A DNA stretch of 64,000 bases from a virus. The stretch spans positions 1 through 64,000 of the IMG/VR virus record IMGVR_UViG_3300025652_000047; one strand, written 5' to 3'. The number at the start of each line of letters is the position of its first letter. Position 1 is the stretch's first letter. Shown here one piece after another: positions 58,434-64,000 of the stretch. The notes under the pieces are model-generated. The model did no database searches. It had not been told where the DNA came from and saw only the letters and a program-made list of their open reading frames with translations. The translations under genes and the position numbers were made by a program.

Positions 58434-61400
58434 GATAACAAAAGAATTTACTTTAGAAAATGTAGTGGGAGAATTCACATATGAGTGGGTACTCCCTGAT
58501 TGCATTACTCTAATTTCTAGTGTAGTAGTAGATACTACAATAACAGCAACTTTTGATTTCTGCGATAATAACTGCTTATTAGATTCTAATCTAATAGGCT
58601 TAACTATTAAAAGTAGTGATGGATGTATAACAGAAATAGAAAGCATCTTTAATAACGTCTGTAAGGACTTTGCATTTACACAAGGAGGTATAGTCCCACT
58701 AGAAGACTGTGACGGCTGTACAATAGCTTATAAAGCACCTGTCAACGATATTAATGGAGTTTATAACTGGACTTATGATGAAGATATCTTTACAGCATCA
58801 TTATTGGGTAATAGAATATACTTAACGTATAAAGACAATATAGAAGTTACAGTTACTTCTACTCCATTATCAGTAGTAGTAAATAATGAATATGGATGTA
58901 CATTAGAAGACACCCTACCTTTACCTATATGTTCATATGAAAGTTTAAAGTTTGACTTTGAACTAGTATGTTCAGGAGATAGAGATGGTAACTTTGCATA
59001 TGTAACTCCAAAATTAACACCTTTAAATAGTCCTTGTGGTTTAGAACTAGATTATAGAACTACTACAATATTGTCTGTATTAAATATAGACTCTTCGTAC
59101 CTTACTTTAAGTACAGGAGCTGATTATGTTAAAGTTATATTAGATGGAATAAGCCCTAATAGTACTATAGTAGTAGAGTTACAAACAAAAGATTGTACAG
59201 GATTCCCTTACATATATACTTTATGTTTAGCACCTAGACCTTGTTCTGATGTTCCTAACATAAATAACTTTGAACATACTTTTGGGTGTGAAGAATGTGC
59301 AGATACAACTAAATTTAGACCCGTAAACTCTAGTAGAGAGGAAGATTGCAGCTCTAATTTAAGTATCAACTTAGAAGATTTAATAGAGGGAGATATAGAC
59401 TGGTCTACATTTACGTTTGTACCTAGAACAGGACAAACATTAAACGGATCTACTTCTCTTACTACACCACATGGTGACGCTAATTTAGATATAAACAGAA
59501 ATGTATTATTTACATATACTGGAGGATTAGTTAATACTGAAGTAGTTGAATATAGAATAGAAATAAACGGAGTAGAAACCTTTGGAGTATTAAACTTTAA
59601 AGGAACCAGATGTGGAGATACTCCAGTAGCAATAGATTTAGAAGTTTGTGTACTATCAGATAGCCAAACAGACTATATTGATATAACCGCAAATGATTCT
59701 GGAGATATAGCAGAGCTTATAATTGTAGAATATCCTCAAGTACAGACTTTAGTAAATGGATTTAATGTTAAGTTCATTCCTAATGGGTATATTGGGACAA
59801 CTGTATTGAAATATAGAGTAAAGAGTTCTACAGGTGTAGAGTCAAATATAGCTAGAGTTGCTATTACTTCAATAAATGCAGATATAACTACTACAGATTT
59901 ATCAGTATGTCTAGGAGATATACTCGATCTTAATACTTTAGTAGATGATAATACTGGAATGCCTTGGTCATTTGTAGGGTTTACTACAGAAGTATCAGAT
60001 ATTCCAGGAGATTTAGATAGTTCTACGTTCAGCGTAGGAGATGTTATAAGTAATCCTGCAATTACATTATCAGAAGCAGGTATTTTTACTTTCCAATATG
60101 GTGAAATAGGTACATGTAATGCATATACTACAGTCAATGTAGAAGTAATAGATGATAATGCACAAGTAGATTTAACTGTTGCAGTATGTAATAGTACTGC
60201 AGATTCTTATAATCTCAATGAGTTAACTAATTTAACTGATGGTACATGGACTGATTTAAATCAAACTAATGTATTAGACGTAGATGGAGTTACAGTATAC
60301 TCTACAATACCAACAGGAGCCTATATGTTTAGGTATAATAAAGTAAGTACAGGTATATATAATACAACAACTTGTAACAATACTTTTATATTAACTTTAG
60401 ATATGCAATCAGAACTAGAAGACGTTGCTCCTATTTGTTTAAGCTATTGTTCTTATGGTCCAAATCCTGAATTAGATTTAGATTGTAAAACCAATCCTAT
60501 AGTACTTAATTCAGAACCTACTACAGGATGTGAATATGATTTATATGAGCAAGTAGGGTTACCTACAGGTAGTAAAATACAGCTATTAAATGCACCATTT
60601 ACACCTATATATTTACATATTAATGGTATGGATCTACTGTTAACAACAGGGTCTTTCTTACCAGAAGGGCAAGCTATATGGGCTAACGGAGATGCACCTT
60701 TAGGTACATATGTATTTAGGGCTTTCTACGGAGATGCTTGTACAAAAGAAGTTGATTTTGAAGTAAACATATATGCTGCATCTTGTCAGTTAGAAAGTGA
60801 TACTATTACAAAATGTAACTCTGATAATGCATTCAATATATTCACTGAATTAACAGGAAGTTCTAGTTGTTTAGATAATAATATAACAGGATTAACACTA
60901 ATATCTGAAAACCTAACAGGTACAGGTACAGTTGATTACAATTTAACAACAGGAGACTTTACTCCAGGAGCACCAGGACAATGGGTGTTTGGATTTACTT
61001 CTACAGTAATTGGAACTGATGGTACTTGCTCTGCATGTAATGTAGATGCTACTATAACAGTAATAGTTACTCCAATACCAGGACCAGGAGTTCCGCAACC
61101 AGGTACAGTCTGTAATGATGGTACTTGTGTAGTAGATGTATACCCTGACATGTTTATAGCTAATCAAACTATATTAGGTACATTCTGCTTTGACGGATTT
61201 GCAACAACTCCATCAGGAACTCCTATAGCAGGAGGATGGGGAGGTATAGAGCCTACATTATTACCTGGAGATATATCAGGTCCTGCATATACTTTTGAAG
61301 GAGCACTAGAAGGTTTCTATTTCTTTAGTAATAAAGTAGAAGATGCCAATGGTTGTTCTTCAACTTCACAAACAATAGTTCAAGTAACTAGTGCAGGTTC

Positions 61401-61758
61401 AGCAGGAACAGCAGATGTAATTGCAGATGTTTGTGAATTAACTCCAGCATGTTATACTCTACTAGATCACTTAACAGGAGAAGGTACAGGTGGAACATGG
61501 ACAACAGGAGGTACTTACACAACAGCATTTATTAGTTGTGACCCAGGATTCTTTGTATTAGGAGATACAGCAACATTTAATACAGAAGGTATGCCAGCAG
61601 GCACATATACCTTTACATATACAGTAACTACTCCAAACAACTTATATCCTATATATGATGGGTGTATATCTTGTACAGGTAGCACAGCAACAATTTCAAT
61701 AACAATAACAGCAGCAATACCAGCAGGGGGAGGAAGTTCTCAGATGGTATGTGCATAA
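58426..61758 (+). CDS. Large Cys-rich Ig-repeat fibre protein (putative base)
   Basis: Repeats of AG...VC.....L...L....G.W......G.Y.F.Y....C....V.V; ends PAGGGSSQMVCA. Confidence 0.7.
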   Translation: MIKITKEFTLENVVGEFTYEWVLPDCITLISSVVVDTTITATFDFCDNNCLLDSNLIGLTIKSSDGCITEIESIFNNVCKDFAFTQGGIVPLEDCDGCTIAYKAPVNDINGVYNWTYDEDIFTASLLGNRIYLTYKDNIEVTVTSTPLSVVVNNEYGCTLEDTLPLPICSYESLKFDFELVCSGDRDGNFAYVTPKLTPLNSPCGLELDYRTTTILSVLNIDSSYLTLSTGADYVKVILDGISPNSTIVVELQTKDCTGFPYIYTLCLAPRPCSDVPNINNFEHTFGCEECADTTKFRPVNSSREEDCSSNLSINLEDLIEGDIDWSTFTFVPRTGQTLNGSTSLTTPHGDANLDINRNVLFTYTGGLVNTEVVEYRIEINGVETFGVLNFKGTRCGDTPVAIDLEVCVLSDSQTDYIDITANDSGDIAELIIVEYPQVQTLVNGFNVKFIPNGYIGTTVLKYRVKSSTGVESNIARVAITSINADITTTDLSVCLGDILDLNTLVDDNTGMPWSFVGFTTEVSDIPGDLDSSTFSVGDVISNPAITLSEAGIFTFQYGEIGTCNAYTTVNVEVIDDNAQVDLTVAVCNSTADSYNLNELTNLTDGTWTDLNQTNVLDVDGVTVYSTIPTGAYMFRYNKVSTGIYNTTTCNNTFILTLDMQSELEDVAPICLSYCSYGPNPELDLDCKTNPIVLNSEPTTGCEYDLYEQVGLPTGSKIQLLNAPFTPIYLHINGMDLLLTTGSFLPEGQAIWANGDAPLGTYVFRAFYGDACTKEVDFEVNIYAASCQLESDTITKCNSDNAFNIFTELTGSSSCLDNNITGLTLISENLTGTGTVDYNLTTGDFTPGAPGQWVFGFTSTVIGTDGTCSACNVDATITVIVTPIPGPGVPQPGTVCNDGTCVVDVYPDMFIANQTILGTFCFDGFATTPSGTPIAGGWGGIEPTLLPGDISGPAYTFEGALEGFYFFSNKVEDANGCSSTSQTIVQVTSAGSAGTADVIADVCELTPACYTLLDHLTGEGTGGTWTTGGTYTTAFISCDPGFFVLGDTATFNTEGMPAGTYTFTYTVTTPNNLYPIYDGCISCTGSTATISITITAAIPAGGGSSQMVCA

Positions 61759-61771
61759 AACAAATAAAAAA

Positions 61772-62539
61772 ATGGCTTGTACAATACTATTAAGCGACCA
61801 ATTAAATTTACCTAGTCCAGGGGGTTATTATATATACCTGGGATATAATGTAGAATCCCAGATTAATGCATCTATAAACACTCCAGGGGACAATGGGGAT
61901 TTGTGTTTTGGAATAACAGACCCTTTAACTGACAGTACTCCTAGTTTATATGCGGATGTAGGACCACTAAATGGATTAGACGCTAATGCTTTTATCTCTG
62001 GAACCCCTAGCCCTACAATAGATTTTACAGGAGTAACTCCAGGGTTCTACGGCTTTATGTACATAGTAGGAGATGATAGTGATAATGGAATAATAGATGG
62101 AATAGAATGTGGAGATGTAGAATGCTTTGAAATAGAAGTAATAGCAGGTCCTTCTGCAATGTCAACATGTAATGAAGGAGCAGATGATCCTTGTCTTTCT
62201 ATATGTGAATCTAATTTACCTACAGATCCTGTTATAGATTTAACTTCGTTTTTTGATGTAGACCCTGCTGTTGCAGGAGCCCCTGGATTTATTGCAGGAG
62301 GAAGTTGGGAACATACTGGGGGAGCATTTGTTACTTTAAACGGCAATGATGCTACTATTTTAGCAGGAGCACCTATAGGTACTATTGTATTTACATATAC
62401 AATTCTACCTACTGAGTTAGGCGCAGTTCACCCTCCAGATGGAGATTGTGATGATTGTACTTCAATAGTAACAGTAACTATACAAATAACTGAACAACTA
62501 TCAGCAGGTGAAGGAAGTTCATTAGCAGTTTGTAACTAA
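61772..62539 (+). CDS. Two-domain Ig-repeat protein (putative polymerising subunit); true start MACTILL
   Basis: Starts mid-repeat (ACTILLSDQL...PGGY); ends with the first strand of a repeat, SAGEGSSLAVCN. Confidence 0.75.
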   Translation: MACTILLSDQLNLPSPGGYYIYLGYNVESQINASINTPGDNGDLCFGITDPLTDSTPSLYADVGPLNGLDANAFISGTPSPTIDFTGVTPGFYGFMYIVGDDSDNGIIDGIECGDVECFEIEVIAGPSAMSTCNEGADDPCLSICESNLPTDPVIDLTSFFDVDPAVAGAPGFIAGGSWEHTGGAFVTLNGNDATILAGAPIGTIVFTYTILPTELGAVHPPDGDCDDCTSIVTVTIQITEQLSAGEGSSLAVCN

Positions 62540-62550
62540 AATATAAATAG

Positions 62551-64000
62551 ATGGCGTTTTGTTTAAATACACTTTTAGATCCTGGATACATACCTAATGG
62601 CACTTGGCTACAGGTATCTAATCCAGCAGGTGCAACTATGTATACTCCAGTAGGAGCAGATGGTTGTATAGAAGATTGGAGTATAGAAAGTGATAAGTTA
62701 ACAGTTACAGGAGAATCTTGTCCTGTACCTGGAACTTATACATTTAGTTATGATATACCTGGATTAGACTGTATAGACCCTGCATTTGTAGAAGTAGATA
62801 TAGTAGATAGTCCAACTGAAATAGCGACCCCTGATACATTATATGTATGTAGGGATGGTTCAGAAGTTGTAGGAGCTGATCATACTTTTATGTTAGCAAA
62901 TGGATCTACTATAACTAATTACAGTATAGATGCTTTCTTTAGACAATGTGATGGGGTATCTATTATAGATTATTCATTATCAGCAACTACAGGTGGCAGT
63001 GGTATTGCAGATTTTGAAAATTCATTTACACTAATTTGGAATAATATAGATAATATTGTAAATTCAAACTTTGGGTTTACACATACAACTCAAAGTTGTA
63101 CTACAATAAATATAAATACTTTTGGAGATTTAAATTGTGGAGACCAGCTAGATATTAAAATGATAGTAAGTCCTGATATAGAGGGTTACAATAGTACCTT
63201 AGTTACTTGTGATACAGTAAATGTATATGATAATATGCCAACTGGGTTAGTTACGTTTCTAAATAATATAACCGTTGGACCTCTATCTCCTATAGGTGGA
63301 GAAGCATTATTTAATATAGATACAGTAGGATATAATGGATGTACTTCAACAGGGCAAATAAGAATACAATCTAGTACAGACAATGGTGTAACATGGAAAA
63401 ATATTTTAATTTCTGATACTGTTGATCCTTTATTAAATCCTACTATACAATATAAAGTTATATGGATACCAGAAGGAGTACCTGCAGGATTTGATTGTGG
63501 AGGTATTTCTATTCTTACGATAGATACGGATAATTGTTGTGATGATACTCCAGGAATAGAATGCCAAGAAGCATTAGTAGAAGAGGCAGGAACTGATTGG
63601 GAAATAACTATAAATGGAGTTAGTGAAGTTTATTATAGTCCTTCTAGTTTTGTACTTAATGATGCTCTTAATCAACAAGCATTACTAGATTATTTAAATA
63701 CTATAGCATGTAATACGGTTACAATTTCAGCAAATGTAACTACGGGAATATTACAAATATTTAACTTTAACGGTACAATAGATAGTATAACAAGTTCTTC
63801 AGGAAATATAGGAGTATTTACTTCTCCTTGTTGTACTGAAGTTACAGATATATCTTTCTTGAGTGGTAGTTTTATTACTGATACAATACCTTGTTCAACT
63901 GCAGATATAGCACTAGTTAATACTGGGAATGAAAATCTTATTTTAGAAGCTAATCAAGATGTAACAGAATGGGAGTTAACTGGAATAGATGGAACTGTTA
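62551..64000 (+). CDS. Cys-rich Ig-repeat protein, partial (runs off the window; absent from ORF track)
   Basis: Manual translation MAFCLNTLLDPGYIPNGTWLQV...PGTYTFSYDIPGLDCIDPAFVEVDIV...; no stop seen to the window end. Confidence 0.8.
   Translation, partial: MAFCLNTLLDPGYIPNGTWLQVSNPAGATMYTPVGADGCIEDWSIESDKLTVTGESCPVPGTYTFSYDIPGLDCIDPAFVEVDIVDSPTEIATPDTLYVCRDGSEVVGADHTFMLANGSTITNYSIDAFFRQCDGVSIIDYSLSATTGGSGIADFENSFTLIWNNIDNIVNSNFGFTHTTQSCTTININTFGDLNCGDQLDIKMIVSPDIEGYNSTLVTCDTVNVYDNMPTGLVTFLNNITVGPLSPIGGEALFNIDTVGYNGCTSTGQIRIQSSTDNGVTWKNILISDTVDPLLNPTIQYKVIWIPEGVPAGFDCGGISILTIDTDNCCDDTPGIECQEALVEEAGTDWEITINGVSEVYYSPSSFVLNDALNQQALLDYLNTIACNTVTISANVTTGILQIFNFNGTIDSITSSSGNIGVFTSPCCTEVTDISFLSGSFITDTIPCSTADIALVNTGNENLILEANQDVTEWELTGIDGTV

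Noticed and set aside
61751-61771. Programmed frameshift or read-through joining the 1110-aa and 262-aa ORFs
   Set aside because: A good ATG with an A-rich leader exists at 61772 and the next junction (62539/62551) has the same separate-gene layout; not fully excluded without ribosome profiling.
36122-63383. Minus-strand ORFs in the right half (36122, 37525, 40643, 41480, 44831, 47775, 54926, 55946, 57997, 58413, 59736, 60936, 62047, 63186)
   Set aside because: Antisense to strongly supported structural genes.
1-64000. Stop-codon reassignment as in some crAss-like phages
   Set aside because: Long genes (polA, terminase, portal, MCP, fibres) are intact in the standard code, and no suppressor tRNA was seen.
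1-64000. Virion RNA polymerase, integrase or endolysin
   Set aside because: No recognisable motifs in this window; they may lie outside it.

Overview
The window is a 64-kb segment of an AT-rich lytic dsDNA phage of the crAss-like type (Crassvirales-related), infecting Bacteroidota. Host-derived outer-membrane and adhesin domains hint at a Saprospiraceae/Chitinophagales-like host (inference). It has two divergent halves with the strand switch at about 32.1-32.4 kb. The minus-strand half (1-32 kb) holds a mosaic of small ORFs separated by attC-like palindromes, a truncated host-type OmpA beta-barrel gene, class I RNR, PNK and a complete phiEco32-type amidoligase cluster (ATP-grasp, two COOH-NH2 ligases, Ntn-GATase, GGCT, two C26 peptidases). 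It also holds primase, SSB, a rearranged AAA_24 ATPase, DnaB, an SF2 helicase and family A DNA polymerase. About 2.5 kb around the switch is non-coding and densely base-paired: a ~600-nt pseudoknotted RNA candidate, two tRNA mimics and other structured RNAs. The plus-strand half (32.8-64 kb) holds GroES/GroEL-like chaperonins, thioredoxin, tRNA-Lys, an intein-containing terminase, portal, scaffold, major capsid and ring/auxiliary proteins, two fibres sharing an N-terminal anchor, and large Cys-rich Ig-repeat proteins. The best novelty candidates are (i) three consecutive Ig-repeat genes whose repeat is split across gene boundaries, suggesting a pilus-like fibre built by donor-strand complementation, and (ii) the large ornate ncRNA cluster. 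All calls are by-eye motif recognition; no database searches were run.
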